NCBI RefSeq assembly: GCF_044324875.1
Contig: NZ_CP172188.1
Length of the DNA: 64,000 nt
Source: Escherichia coli
Lineage (GTDB): Bacteria; Pseudomonadota; Gammaproteobacteria; Enterobacterales; Enterobacteriaceae
Direction: 5' to 3' (one strand)
A program made the position numbers and the translations under genes. This document shows positions 35,807-45,548 of the stretch, one piece after another (within the stretch, counting starts at the first letter, position 1; every line of letters begins with the position of its first letter). The notes below the pieces were generated by a model that searched no databases, was not told the origin of the DNA, and saw only the letters and a list, made by a program, of their open reading frames with translations.

Positions 35807-36358
35807 ATGACACCAATTGAATTATTAGAAAGCGTTAAAGAGCGATTTAATCCGCTGCTTGTGCGTGAAGAAGAAACGTTGAAAGCATTCCTGATCAAAG
35901 CTCTGACCACGTATCAGGACAGGGCAGGGGTAGTGAAAACGTTAAAACTTGAAAGAGCTGGTGGTACTGCAATCCCGTTGCCAGAAGATTATCTCTCTCT
36001 GGTTCATGTTACCGACAACAACGGCCTGTTGGTCTATTCGGATGAATTATCCGGCTTTATTGAATTAGAGCTAACAGGTTCAGAACGCTGGCCTTTTCGA
36101 ATGCTGTATCTGGTTAATCTACGCGACAGAAAGCTGGATGAATGGCAAGTGCCTCCTGCAATCATTGGAATGCTAGAGGAATATCTGGAGGCGCTTATCA
36201 ATGTAAGAAATGTCGCCCGGCAGCGTAGAGCGTCCATCGACGGGAAATTTGACTACTCCGATCTGCCCGATGAAGCCACGCTATATGCCCGCGTGCAGGA
36301 GATTGAGGAAAAAATGTCCTCAAACCGGGCCATTATTCCGGGGGCTACCATTTTTTAA
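35807..36358 (+). CDS. hypothetical phage structural protein
   Basis: 183 aa ORF in the structural operon. Confidence 0.4.
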   Translation: MTPIELLESVKERFNPLLVREEETLKAFLIKALTTYQDRAGVVKTLKLERAGGTAIPLPEDYLSLVHVTDNNGLLVYSDELSGFIELELTGSERWPFRMLYLVNLRDRKLDEWQVPPAIIGMLEEYLEALINVRNVARQRRASIDGKFDYSDLPDEATLYARVQEIEEKMSSNRAIIPGATIF

Positions 36359-36373
36359 CGCTGGAGGCGCAGA

Positions 36374-37081
36374 GTGAGTATTTTCAGCAGCGTTGGTAGA
36401 ACGTTGACCACCGCATTGTCATTTAACACGAAATCATTCACCAGCAACCTCATTAGCGACATTCTTGATAAAGCCATATCAGGCGGCGGGGTAAGCGGGA
36501 ATTACAGTAGCGATATTGCCTACGGGAAAAATATTGTTGCTGCCGCTATGCGCATCCGTTACGCCCAGGGGTGGCAGTGGACCGTTGAAGTGGATGGTCT
36601 GAACGGCTTCGATATGTTCGTGAAGGATATCACCTACAGCAGTGGGAACATCGAGACAGAAAGCAAGGTGATCGGTAGCGTAGAATTCAGCAAGCCAACC
36701 TATGTTAGCGCCGGACCGGTCACTATGACCGTGAGGGATACCGAAGATGGCAAGATCATGGACTGGTTCAAAGAGCGTCGTTCTCGTGTAACAAATCCTG
36801 ATGGAACAATAAACCTTCCTCCGGAATATCTGATGAAAATCCGTGTCTACCGGGTAACTCAGGACGGCGGAAAAGAACTGGAAGAAGAAATGCGCGTATT
36901 TCCTACACAACTTGGGGAAATCACTCGCTCACGTGATCAGGTGTCAGAGTTCTTGTCATACCCAATCACTTTCCAGAAATACACATCCGCAGGCTCAGGT
37001 GTTTCTGCTTTGGTCAACGGTGCCGCTGGCATGGCTACAAGTGCCCTGAAAAATACTGCCAGTAACATAATTAAATTTTAA
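36374..37081 (+). CDS. hypothetical phage structural protein
   Basis: 235 aa ORF in the structural operon. Confidence 0.4.
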   Translation: MSIFSSVGRTLTTALSFNTKSFTSNLISDILDKAISGGGVSGNYSSDIAYGKNIVAAAMRIRYAQGWQWTVEVDGLNGFDMFVKDITYSSGNIETESKVIGSVEFSKPTYVSAGPVTMTVRDTEDGKIMDWFKERRSRVTNPDGTINLPPEYLMKIRVYRVTQDGGKELEEEMRVFPTQLGEITRSRDQVSEFLSYPITFQKYTSAGSGVSALVNGAAGMATSALKNTASNIIKF

Positions 37082-37083
37082 AA

Positions 37084-37106
37084 AGCCCCGGACAGGCCGG
37101 GGCAAC
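37084..37106. terminator. conserved hairpin / bidirectional terminator (shared by the structural operon and module C)
   Basis: ccccgg-acagg-ccgggg between convergent genes. Confidence 0.5.
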
Positions 37107-37111
37107 AGTAA

Positions 37112-38110
37112 TTAACTAACAATCCAGTCCATAGCAATAACATCCTCTGGAGCTAAATCAATAGCATGGATTTTCCCGTCACGGATGGTGCGCCAGTGCT
37201 TTCGTGATCCACCTTCGGGCCATACCCATACACCTTCAGGCCAGGAAGAACGACGACACACTGTTGCGTATCCAGTCCTGATCTTCTCTCTGACGGTATG
37301 CAGTGACAGATTATCTTTTGGGATTTCCGGTAAAGGATGATGGATTGCCTGAAACAGCCCCATCTTCGGATGATACCAGCGTTTGTTGCGTGGTTCTGCC
37401 TCCGACATAACCTGCTTGAAGGCTTTCCGGAAGGGGGCCAGGGCCACAATGGAGCGTCGGGCAAGCAAACCATCTGGAGTTAAAAACTCATGCGTATCGG
37501 TGGGAATCCGGTAAGCGTTGACAAGGTTGCGGCATTTGGCTTCAGTCAGGCCACATTTCGCCGCCAGCTGGCGGTAGCCAATGTAGCCTTCCGGCATATT
37601 GCCTTTCTTGATTTGCTCGACGGTTTCAGCGACTTTGGACACTTGTGCCGATACCTCGGCTACCTGGGCATTTACGGCGTTAATCCGGCGTTCATGTTCA
37701 AGATGCATTTGCGCCATTTCAGCCAGGATTTCGGCTTTTGATTTTAGCGGTGAGTGCTCCGGTATTAATTGCTTAATACGAAAATAGCTGTTTACCAGCT
37801 CACGTTGCACTTGCCAGGCCAGATCGTCATTGAATGACTTAACAATCATTAGATAACCGGACTCAGTGAACACGCGCAAACCGCGCGGGGGGACATTAAT
37901 TCCAAAAGTGTCAAAAACGCCCTTTTCAGAGTAATCAATAAGATAGGTATCTACACCATCAACAAAACGGTGCTTGTTACGATGGAAAGTTGTTTTAGCT
38001 AATCCTTTTGGTCGCTCGTGCACCTCATCAATCATCTCAAAGGTCACTACACGCTGATTTTTATATTCGAGAGTCGGGAATGGTTTGTTATTGATAGTTA
38101 CTGCGTCCAT
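37112..38110 (-). CDS. phage antirepressor-type protein with a KilA-N/ORF6N-like N-domain, module C
   Basis: Start at MDAVTINNKPFPTLEYKNQRVVTFEMIDEVHERPKG... (TAATG coupling with the upstream small ORF); C-terminal ~180 aa nearly identical to modules A and B; the ORF track extends to 38197. Confidence 0.6.
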   Translation of the reverse strand: MDAVTINNKPFPTLEYKNQRVVTFEMIDEVHERPKGLAKTTFHRNKHRFVDGVDTYLIDYSEKGVFDTFGINVPPRGLRVFTESGYLMIVKSFNDDLAWQVQRELVNSYFRIKQLIPEHSPLKSKAEILAEMAQMHLEHERRINAVNAQVAEVSAQVSKVAETVEQIKKGNMPEGYIGYRQLAAKCGLTEAKCRNLVNAYRIPTDTHEFLTPDGLLARRSIVALAPFRKAFKQVMSEAEPRNKRWYHPKMGLFQAIHHPLPEIPKDNLSLHTVREKIRTGYATVCRRSSWPEGVWVWPEGGSRKHWRTIRDGKIHAIDLAPEDVIAMDWIVS

Positions 38111-38325
38111 TAATGCACCTCCACGCAGTTCATTGGGCGGTTCCAGTAGGTCAAAACGTCCAGGGCATCGAGTTTGAAGCGAGCCGCAAAAATGCACGGA
38201 TCTGTAGGAAGAAATGAACGCGCTTCAGCCTCAGTAGCTGCCATTACGGTGATATAGGTGTGTTTTGTGCAGGAATAAAAGCGCCAGATGAATTCTGGAC
38301 GTGAGCAAGGATTGGCATTAACCAT
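38110..38325 (-). CDS. small protein upstream of the antirepressor (Icd-position ORF, module C)
   Basis: 71 aa; paralogue of 4509-4724. Confidence 0.65.
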   Translation of the reverse strand: MVNANPCSRPEFIWRFYSCTKHTYITVMAATEAEARSFLPTDPCIFAARFKLDALDVLTYWNRPMNCVEVH

Positions 38326-38566
38326 AGTTACGGCCTCATGTACAGGTTTAACAACCTGCTACCCGCTGTCAAACAGGTGGCAGGGCGTGACAGGGTTGAC
38401 AGACTGGCGTACATGAAACCAGCAGGCCGAAGCCTCCCCATCACGCCCCACCATAATTCGGGCGTAACGTGGTTTACGGACACAAAAATACCGCAATATC
38501 GGAAATCTGCGGATGTCCGCATGTACATTCAGGCTGTCAAACCTGGTCGCAGAATTTGCTACGACG
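38326..38566 (-). ncRNA. structured leader with a c4-like antisense regulator (module C)
   Basis: Minus-strand elements TTGACAG/GTACATG (targets) and CATGTAC/CTGTCAA (antisense) in the same arrangement as module B. Confidence 0.5.
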
Positions 38567-38571
38567 GCGTG

Positions 38572-38600
38572 AATATAAGCCTGAACATCTGGAAGATCAA
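38572..38600 (-). promoter_or_regulatory. sigma70-like promoter of module C
   Basis: Reverse complement of TTGATC-17-TATATT. Confidence 0.5.
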
Positions 38601-38653
38601 CATCAAATTGTTGATGATTTATTTTATTATTCATGTTTGAAAATTCAAATTAT

Positions 38654-38666
38654 TTTTCTAACACAA
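38654..38666 (-). promoter_or_regulatory. copy of dispersed motif upstream of the module C promoter
   Basis: TTTTCTAACACAA on the plus strand = TTGTGTTAGAAAA on the minus strand. Confidence 0.35.
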
Positions 38667-38789
38667 TACGAAAGGGAGTGAAAATTATTCTCCAGCGTTA
38701 ACCCAAACAAAATTATGTGTGCTGGAGGGTTGCTCATTTCCCGTCAGCACCCACGCCCTCAACGATAGCGGGTAGGGAAGGAAGCGCAA

Positions 38790-39088
38790 TTTTGAGGGCA
38801 TTTTTTACATCATCAATCCATATGTAATGAAGGCATTCTTTACACATTTCAATAATATCAATCAGTTAGCACAGTGAATGATAATAAAAAAGCGCAATAA
38901 GAATGCACGATACGCACGATATTGGTTGAGGGTAATTTTTACATAATCCTTATATATCAATATGTTATATAAAAACACAACTTACCAATAACAAGATACA
39001 TGCAATTAAGATGTAAAAATTGCCCTCAATTGCCGATCGTTAAGGGCAAATTCTACACCTTGAGAGGGGTGTAAAAATTGCCCTTAAG
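38790..39088. repeat. iteron cluster downstream of repE (copy-control / incompatibility-type repeats)
   Basis: Repeats of TGAGGGCA(A/T)TTTTTACA and inverted copies (for example 38791-38812, 38926-38946, 39010-39029, 39041-39088) in an AT-rich region. Confidence 0.55.
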
Positions 39089-39839
39089 ACTGCTGATAGG
39101 TAAATTTTATCCTGGTAACTTTGCCGCCTTCCGTCACCTCTGAGAAGACTATTTTCATTTTTGTATTTTTTTCAATCTCTGCTACAGCCTTCGTTAAAAA
39201 ACTTCTCTTAAATTCGGCATACCGCTGATAGCTTTTTGGTAACCCATAACGCTCCCGCATCCATTCGACGCCAAGTATGGCAAAGCCGCTTCCATCATCC
39301 TTCCTGTACTGGCATAAGGACTCATAAAGCCGCATAGAATAAGGATTTGTAAGGCGAGATACTTCGGTAAAATTCAGCCTTGTGAATCTCTTATCAAGCA
39401 GAGTAAAAAACGGCATGAGATATGGATTAAGATGAATAATGTAAGTCCCACGCCGTGGTGAATAGGCATCCTTAATCATCCAAGGATAAGACTCATAACT
39501 GTCTTCTGATTCGGTCGATTCATCAGGGTTATATATCGTAACTTTCTTCTCGCTAAGACCTGAAATGGCCTTACGAATATCCTTGCTGGCTTCAGCAGAG
39601 GGCAAATTATACATCTCTGCATATTCGTTGACCGTCAACTCACAGGCACCTGAACCAAGAACGCCATCCTTAGAAGCATAGCGAAGCCTTCCCACCACAA
39701 TAAACAACAGTCGCTTTTGGTCGCGAGTCAGGTGATAAGCAGCCTCCGTGATCTCATTGGCTTGTGCCAAACTACGACTAATAGGTGTCGCTGACTCAAT
39801 CAGGCTGACGGCTTTTGCTGTTAATTCCGCTCTGTTCAT
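39084..39839 (-). CDS. RepE-like iteron-binding replication initiator (mini-F type)
   Basis: ...EAAYHLTRDQKRLLFIVV..., FGLTSAEASKDIR-like NLPSAEASKDIRKAISG, YESYPWMIKDAYSPRRGTYIIHLNPYLMPFF, NPYSMRLYESLCQYRKDDGSG closely resemble F-plasmid RepE as I recall it; start at 39839 (ATG) or 39872 (TTG). Confidence 0.75.
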   Translation of the reverse strand: MNRAELTAKAVSLIESATPISRSLAQANEITEAAYHLTRDQKRLLFIVVGRLRYASKDGVLGSGACELTVNEYAEMYNLPSAEASKDIRKAISGLSEKKVTIYNPDESTESEDSYESYPWMIKDAYSPRRGTYIIHLNPYLMPFFTLLDKRFTRLNFTEVSRLTNPYSMRLYESLCQYRKDDGSGFAILGVEWMRERYGLPKSYQRYAEFKRSFLTKAVAEIEKNTKMKIVFSEVTEGGKVTRIKFTYQQS

Positions 39840-39863
39840 AACCCTGTGTGATCCTTCAAATGG

Positions 39864-40125
39864 TGAGGGCAATTTTTACATCACTTTGAGGGCAATTACT
39901 ACACCTTTTGAGGGCAAATCTTACACCTTCTGAGGGCAAATCTTACACCGATCGTATCTAATTGAGGGCAAATCTTACACCAGACTCCTCTACAGCCCGC
40001 GCCACTACTGGCTCCAGCGACGCCTAAAAAGGATCTAAAAAGGATTAAAAATGGAAAAAGGTTTATAAAAATACTCTGTGGATATGTGAGTAGCGTCACT
40101 TAAGGTGTAAAAATCACCCTCAATA
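39864..40125. repeat. origin-type iterons, AT-rich tract and DnaA-box-like site upstream of repE
   Basis: Five direct ~19-22-bp iterons TGAGGGCAAATCTTACACC (39864-39981), one inverted copy (40105-40123), A-rich tract 40030-40075, TGTGGATAT (~40078-40086) one mismatch from a DnaA box. Confidence 0.6.
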
Positions 40126-40227
40126 ATCGCTTCTCGACCGGCAAAGATCTTCATTCAATCCCCATCGCAAATCACACACTCCCTATCCTCTGGAAAATGA
40201 ACAGATACCTGCTTTTCGGAGGAATAA

Positions 40228-41049
40228 TTGAACATTCCAAAATTTCCATTGCCTTCCCGTCCTGAGACAGAAATTCAGTTCCACGCCCCTACCGTGAAGG
40301 ATGCGCTGAAATATTCTGACCTGAACCCGGCAGAAGATGAGGCAACTACTACAGAGTACCTTAACTCGATGCAGGATGGTGAAATTAACGACAGTGCTAA
40401 CTGGACAGTTCAGGATCGCAGAACTGCTCTTTGGTGGATATTTGTTAATTCGCGCCCCGATGCAGTAATGACCTACTCCTATGAGTGCAGTCACTGCGGT
40501 AATACGCATCATGCAGATATTAACCTAAGCGACCTGGCCCAAACAGTAGAAATACTCACTGTACCTCCTTACGTGAAAACCAACGTACCAGTAAATGGAG
40601 TACCAACTAACTGGATACTTAAACCATTAACCGGGAAAGGCGCGGAACTCCTTGAACGAATGCGAGCGTCACTTCCTGATATGAAAAGCCCCGAATACAG
40701 TGCTGGCGTGGCACGGATGCGGATTGCTGAACTCGCTTTATGCACGGCGCTTGAAGACGATCCGGAGGACTTCACGCAGGCCGCTAACCGACGCTTTGAC
40801 ATCATTGAAAGCATGGCGCTTGAAACCGAATTTACACCGCTTGTGGCTCGCATACAGCTTATGCAAAAAGACCTACGCCACGGCCTGAAGATGTCTATTG
40901 AGAGAGGCAAAAGCCGCCTGATCCTGCCTCCGCAACATTGCAAAAACGCTAAGGAGGGTGCAGACGTGACTACCACGCTGTACGTCACCTTTCACAATAG
41001 AGAGTTTATCCCATCAATTAGATCTGAATGGATGGCTAACCATTATTAA
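40228..41049 (+). CDS. hypothetical protein with a Cys/His cluster
   Basis: 273 aa; TTG start with strong GGAGGA Shine-Dalgarno; CSHCGNTHH. Confidence 0.45.
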   Translation: MNIPKFPLPSRPETEIQFHAPTVKDALKYSDLNPAEDEATTTEYLNSMQDGEINDSANWTVQDRRTALWWIFVNSRPDAVMTYSYECSHCGNTHHADINLSDLAQTVEILTVPPYVKTNVPVNGVPTNWILKPLTGKGAELLERMRASLPDMKSPEYSAGVARMRIAELALCTALEDDPEDFTQAANRRFDIIESMALETEFTPLVARIQLMQKDLRHGLKMSIERGKSRLILPPQHCKNAKEGADVTTTLYVTFHNREFIPSIRSEWMANHY

Positions 41050-41103
41050 CAACCTGACTCTGTATGGATATCAGCCCGTTAGTGACGTTGAACAATTGCC
41101 ACA

Positions 41104-44100
41104 ATGGCGAGCACTCCATATGTCAAAAGCCCTAGAAGAAAAATACAAAGCTCAAGCCGGGAAACGTTGATCGCCGCTGGCAAAAGAGAGGTTATTTTGA
41201 AAGAGAATAAAGACCGTATCGCAATAATTGACGCTATTCAGGGGGCGAGCACAAACGAACTTAAGGCTCTTGCTGAGATCAAAGACGCCATTCTCTCTGG
41301 TAGAGGGTCTATAACTCAACTTGGTGAAAATCAAGGTAAAGTAAGTCAAAGACTATCCCGTAGACGCATAGCAAGCGAACCCTATGTCTCTGGTGATGCC
41401 AAGAATACCCAAGCTAACCCATATATAAAACGCCTTCCGATGAAAAAAGGGAGGACGCAGGTCAACAACGGAGAAGAACGTCTCATTGTTGCAACCAACA
41501 CATCAGAGCGCGTTCATTTTGCGTCATCACGCCAGTCCGCCCAAAAGTTGAAAGGTTCTGTGCCAGTAGCCGCTAATTCTGCTCCTCTTGAACCACAATC
41601 CCCCCAAAGCCAAAAAGGACCGCTTCGGGATAGTAATGGACGCTTTGTATCCCAGAAAAACAACGAAGATATAGCCAGAAAAAAAGAATGGCAGAACGCA
41701 CGTAAGGCCGACGCCAAACTACAAGAAGGCTTCCTCCGGAAATTAGGCTCCATTATAGGGGTAGATGGCAATCAGTCTTCCAGTGAAGAGTCTTTAACAG
41801 ATGCCGCAGGTGTCGGCGCTGGTGGTCCGTTGTGGATGGCTGCTCGCGGCATGTACGACATTACTAAAGAGATCACAGGTAAAGCAGAATCTCTTAAAGA
41901 ATGGGTAGAAAAGGGGAAAGGTGAGGCTTTATCTTCGAAAGCGACATCACCAGCTATCACTTATCCGGCGGTGGTGAATACTCAAAAAGCAACCTCTGCA
42001 ACAGCATTTAATAATGCTGTTGAGACAAAATCAGCACAAGCAGTAGAAGAGCAAACAAAAATTCTTCAGACCAATGACAACAAAATAATTGATGGTCTGG
42101 AAAATGTCTCCGACGAAGTAGTTAAGCTACGCAAATCAGTATCTTCTGGGAATAAGTTCGGCTTAAGTGATCTCTGGAGAAATCGAGCAAGCAGAAGAAA
42201 TAAAATCAATATTGGCGATCAGGCTGGTAAAAATAAACGGAACAAACCGAAAAGGAAAGGTCGCAATCTGGGGAAAAATGCCCTTTCTGTTGGTGAAAAA
42301 GCCGCTGCCGGAACCGCTGCTGCTGGAGCTGGTGCCGGAGCTGCAAAGACTGTTAAAACAAAGGTTAGTAAAGCCAAAGACATCAGCACCACAAGCGACG
42401 CATCTAAGGGTATTGCTAAAGAAACAAAAAACACAGCAAAGGCAGTTAAGCCAGCAGGTGTTGTTGCCGAAGAGGCCACAATTAAAACAGGTGAAACTGT
42501 TGCAAAGAAAAAAACCGAATCCGTAGCCCTCAAAAGTGCTGCAAAAATAGGTGTTAAATCAGCTGCTTCTACAGCTGCAAGAGCTATCCCGATCATCGGA
42601 TCGCTGGCTATGGCGGGATATGACGCTATAGATGGTTACACTGATACAGATGCGCAAAAGGCAGCCTTTGGATTAAGTGACGATGATGCTGTATCCGAAC
42701 AGCAAAAAACGGCTTACGCAACAGCTAATGTGCTCGATATGGGGGGCTTGGTGTCGGGCGCAACGAACTTGATAGGGAAAGGAATTTCTGCGCTAGGATT
42801 TGAAAGAGCAGGTGAAAAACTTCAGAATTTTGATACCGGAGATATTGCTCGTGGTGTTAACGGCGCGGTAGATATCACCAAATCTGTTTTTGGTAACCTT
42901 AAGGATACATTTTTATCCACTGACGAAAACACGAAACAAGTAAAAAAAGCTGTTGAAGACGGCACAAAAAAAACTGTCGATGCGATTCATTCTCTTGGTG
43001 AACAATTACAAGGTGGGCGTAATGGCGAGGATGGAGTTGGTGAGCACGGGTATACTTCTCCAACTGAATTTAGTGCACCTGCCAACAACACCATTGCAGC
43101 GGATCTGAATATTGGCGGCAGCAACGCTAAAAACCGCAATTACCGAAATAATAATCTCGGCAATCTTGTTTTTGCCAACCAGGAAGGGGCGACGCTGGAA
43201 TCGCCAAATGCAAAAGGTGAACAACGTTTTGCGCGATTTAACACACCTGAAGAAGGGATCAGGGCACTGGCAAACCAGGTTTCCAGCTATTACAACGGCA
43301 CCAGTGCCGCAGCGGGATATCAGAAGTTACAGACGGTATCCAGCATCATTTCAAAATGGGCACCGCCAAATGAGAACAATACTAACCAATATATTGATAA
43401 CGTCAGTAAATATCTTGGTGTATCGCCTAATGAAAAAATAGATGTCAGCAAACCAGAAGTTATGACGCAATTAGTTCGTGCAATTGCGACGAAAGAAGGC
43501 GGAAATCCGGCAGTTAATAATGAGTTCATTAAGAACGCACTTGGAGCATTTAACACAAACACTGGTCGATGGGAGGGACAATTCTCTGACGAAACATTGG
43601 CGCGGATTAATAAAATTCAGAAAGAAAATGGTGGTCAGCTAATTGCCCGCGATTCGCAATATAGTGTTGGTCGCAAGGTAAAATATGCTAATGGAAAATC
43701 TCCAGCTCAACCAGTTTTGAATGCCGTTCCGACAGCAACACAACAGCCAATTGAGGTTGCACAACATGCCCAGGCAGTCAAAAAGCCACAAAAAACAGGT
43801 AACCAACCACAACCGATTAATCCAGAGAACGCTGATGTTAATACCGGCTCTCCATCGAGTTTGCTTGAGCGGTTAATCACAATAAATGAAAGCGGAATCA
43901 GTGGTGCAAGTAATTTATTTGGCGGCGCGGCTACCAGCCTTGCTGGAACAAGTCTGGACCTGGTAAAGGATTTTGCGTTAGCTACTTCGTTTGGTTCTAT
44001 ATCTTCGCTTTCCGAAAAAGCGAAAGGAATGGATCAGGCTCTTACTGAAAAGATATCCAGCTTAACCGGTAAATCTTTTGGATTTAAAAAAGCTTCTCAA

Positions 44101-45168
44101 GTGGCTGATATCGCAACAGCCATACAACAAAAACGCACTGTTAATCACGATACAGAAATCATTGATCTACTTCCGGGAGATCAAGTATCCCCTTCTACTC
44201 CGAAAACTCCACAGCAGGAGCAGGCTCTGGCAATCAACCAGGCTATGGAGGGCTTTTCGTCTGCAGCGCCAGCACCGAAAACCCCACAGCAGGAGCAGGC
44301 TCTGGCAATCAGCCAGGCTATGGCGGGCTTTTCGTCTGCAGCGCCAGCACCGAAAACCCCACAGCAGGAGCAGGCTCTGGCAATCAACCCGGCTATGGAG
44401 GGCTTTTCGTCTGCAGCGCCAGCACCGAAAACCCCACAGCAGGAGCAGGCTCTGGCAATCAGCCAGGCTATGGCGGGCTTTTCGTCTGCAGCGCCAGTAG
44501 TTACCTCTGGAAAACGAACTATCACGGCACCAAGTGATGTGCAGATTTATGACAACGGCTACAAGGTGGTTACAGGTGAGGATAAGAGCTTCTTTGGTTC
44601 GCTATTTGATTCCACGGTGTCAGGGCTTAAACAGACAGGAACCGCAGTAATTCCTGCCGTTGGCGATAACCTTTCACGACTTGTTGGGGGGATTGATAGT
44701 ACAGGGATATTGAACGATCTTGTAATGCAGTCTACTGGGCAGAATAGTGCGATTGCGCGAGCTATTAGCCCATTAACAAGAAATGTTGGAGACTGGTTGA
44801 ATGGGGGGATTCAACAAACCGCTAATAGCATTAGGGGAATAGCAACTGGTGCCAATAACGCCATATTTGGCTCTGCTTCAGCTGTGCAAGAACCTTTTCT
44901 TGCTATGCCGCCACAACTCCCTACTGTAACCGATCTCGCACGAAGCGGAATAAGACAACCATTAACTACTGACACTATAAATAACGATCCTGCTATGTTG
45001 AAGGCGCTGGATAACATCTGCTCTATCCTGAACGATCTGCTGAATGTGAACAAGAACAATACAAAAGGCGATCCGGATAATGTTGTCAAAACATCGCAGC
45101 CGCAGCCGCGACCACGTGCGAGCACAACTATTAATGACCAGTCGCTGGATGCTCTGCTTGAGGATTAA
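41104..45168 (+). CDS. tail tape-measure-like protein with an internal putative peptidoglycan-hydrolase-like region
   Basis: 1354 aa; Ala/Gly-rich helical stretches, internal 25-aa tandem repeats, and the region NRNYRNNNLGNLVFANQEGA...GGNPAVNNEF; located immediately upstream of baseplate genes. Confidence 0.55.
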   Translation: MASTPYVKSPRRKIQSSSRETLIAAGKREVILKENKDRIAIIDAIQGASTNELKALAEIKDAILSGRGSITQLGENQGKVSQRLSRRRIASEPYVSGDAKNTQANPYIKRLPMKKGRTQVNNGEERLIVATNTSERVHFASSRQSAQKLKGSVPVAANSAPLEPQSPQSQKGPLRDSNGRFVSQKNNEDIARKKEWQNARKADAKLQEGFLRKLGSIIGVDGNQSSSEESLTDAAGVGAGGPLWMAARGMYDITKEITGKAESLKEWVEKGKGEALSSKATSPAITYPAVVNTQKATSATAFNNAVETKSAQAVEEQTKILQTNDNKIIDGLENVSDEVVKLRKSVSSGNKFGLSDLWRNRASRRNKINIGDQAGKNKRNKPKRKGRNLGKNALSVGEKAAAGTAAAGAGAGAAKTVKTKVSKAKDISTTSDASKGIAKETKNTAKAVKPAGVVAEEATIKTGETVAKKKTESVALKSAAKIGVKSAASTAARAIPIIGSLAMAGYDAIDGYTDTDAQKAAFGLSDDDAVSEQQKTAYATANVLDMGGLVSGATNLIGKGISALGFERAGEKLQNFDTGDIARGVNGAVDITKSVFGNLKDTFLSTDENTKQVKKAVEDGTKKTVDAIHSLGEQLQGGRNGEDGVGEHGYTSPTEFSAPANNTIAADLNIGGSNAKNRNYRNNNLGNLVFANQEGATLESPNAKGEQRFARFNTPEEGIRALANQVSSYYNGTSAAAGYQKLQTVSSIISKWAPPNENNTNQYIDNVSKYLGVSPNEKIDVSKPEVMTQLVRAIATKEGGNPAVNNEFIKNALGAFNTNTGRWEGQFSDETLARINKIQKENGGQLIARDSQYSVGRKVKYANGKSPAQPVLNAVPTATQQPIEVAQHAQAVKKPQKTGNQPQPINPENADVNTGSPSSLLERLITINESGISGASNLFGGAATSLAGTSLDLVKDFALATSFGSISSLSEKAKGMDQALTEKISSLTGKSFGFKKASQVADIATAIQQKRTVNHDTEIIDLLPGDQVSPSTPKTPQQEQALAINQAMEGFSSAAPAPKTPQQEQALAISQAMAGFSSAAPAPKTPQQEQALAINPAMEGFSSAAPAPKTPQQEQALAISQAMAGFSSAAPVVTSGKRTITAPSDVQIYDNGYKVVTGEDKSFFGSLFDSTVSGLKQTGTAVIPAVGDNLSRLVGGIDSTGILNDLVMQSTGQNSAIARAISPLTRNVGDWLNGGIQQTANSIRGIATGANNAIFGSASAVQEPFLAMPPQLPTVTDLARSGIRQPLTTDTINNDPAMLKALDNICSILNDLLNVNKNNTKGDPDNVVKTSQPQPRPRASTTINDQSLDALLED
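44200..44500 (+). repeat. four in-frame tandem ~75-bp repeats inside the tape-measure-like gene
   Basis: Unit encodes APAPKTPQQEQALAI(N/S)QAM(E/A)GFSSA; read directly from the sequence. Confidence 0.8.
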
Positions 45169-45173
45169 TACTG

Positions 45174-45548
45174 ATGCTTTACGAAATAGACGCAAGACTT
45201 CAAACGAATGAGAGCGGTGTCATTATTGCAGAAGGAAGTACCGCAGCATGGATGGCCCGACTTGACGAGTGGCTACGAACCCCTGAAGGGAGTGTTTATG
45301 GTTTACCCTCTTGGGGGAGTCCAATGGAAGAATTTAAGCATGAACCATTCGGCTCTGAAACTTCGCACATAGTTGAAGTGGCTATTGAAGGGAGAATGAT
45401 GAAAAAACTACGACAAGACTTGCCAGGTTTGGATGTGCAGGGGATTCGTTGCACATCAATTTCTGAAGATTCTTTATTAATTAGTTTTTATGCGAAAGGT
45501 GGGAGCATGGATATTGTTATGCAGAAATCAAGTGGGGTGGGCGCGTGA
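45174..45548 (+). CDS. baseplate wedge protein (gp25/GpW-like)
   Basis: 124 aa; LRTPEGSVYGLPSWGSPMEEFKHEP resembles the GpW/gp25 motif. Confidence 0.45.
   Translation: MLYEIDARLQTNESGVIIAEGSTAAWMARLDEWLRTPEGSVYGLPSWGSPMEEFKHEPFGSETSHIVEVAIEGRMMKKLRQDLPGLDVQGIRCTSISEDSLLISFYAKGGSMDIVMQKSSGVGA

Noticed and set aside
44078-44525. ORFs on both strands over the 75-bp tandem repeats (44078-44500 plus, 44181-44525 minus)
   Set aside because: Artefacts of repeat periodicity inside the tape-measure-like gene, whose frame is continuous through the region.
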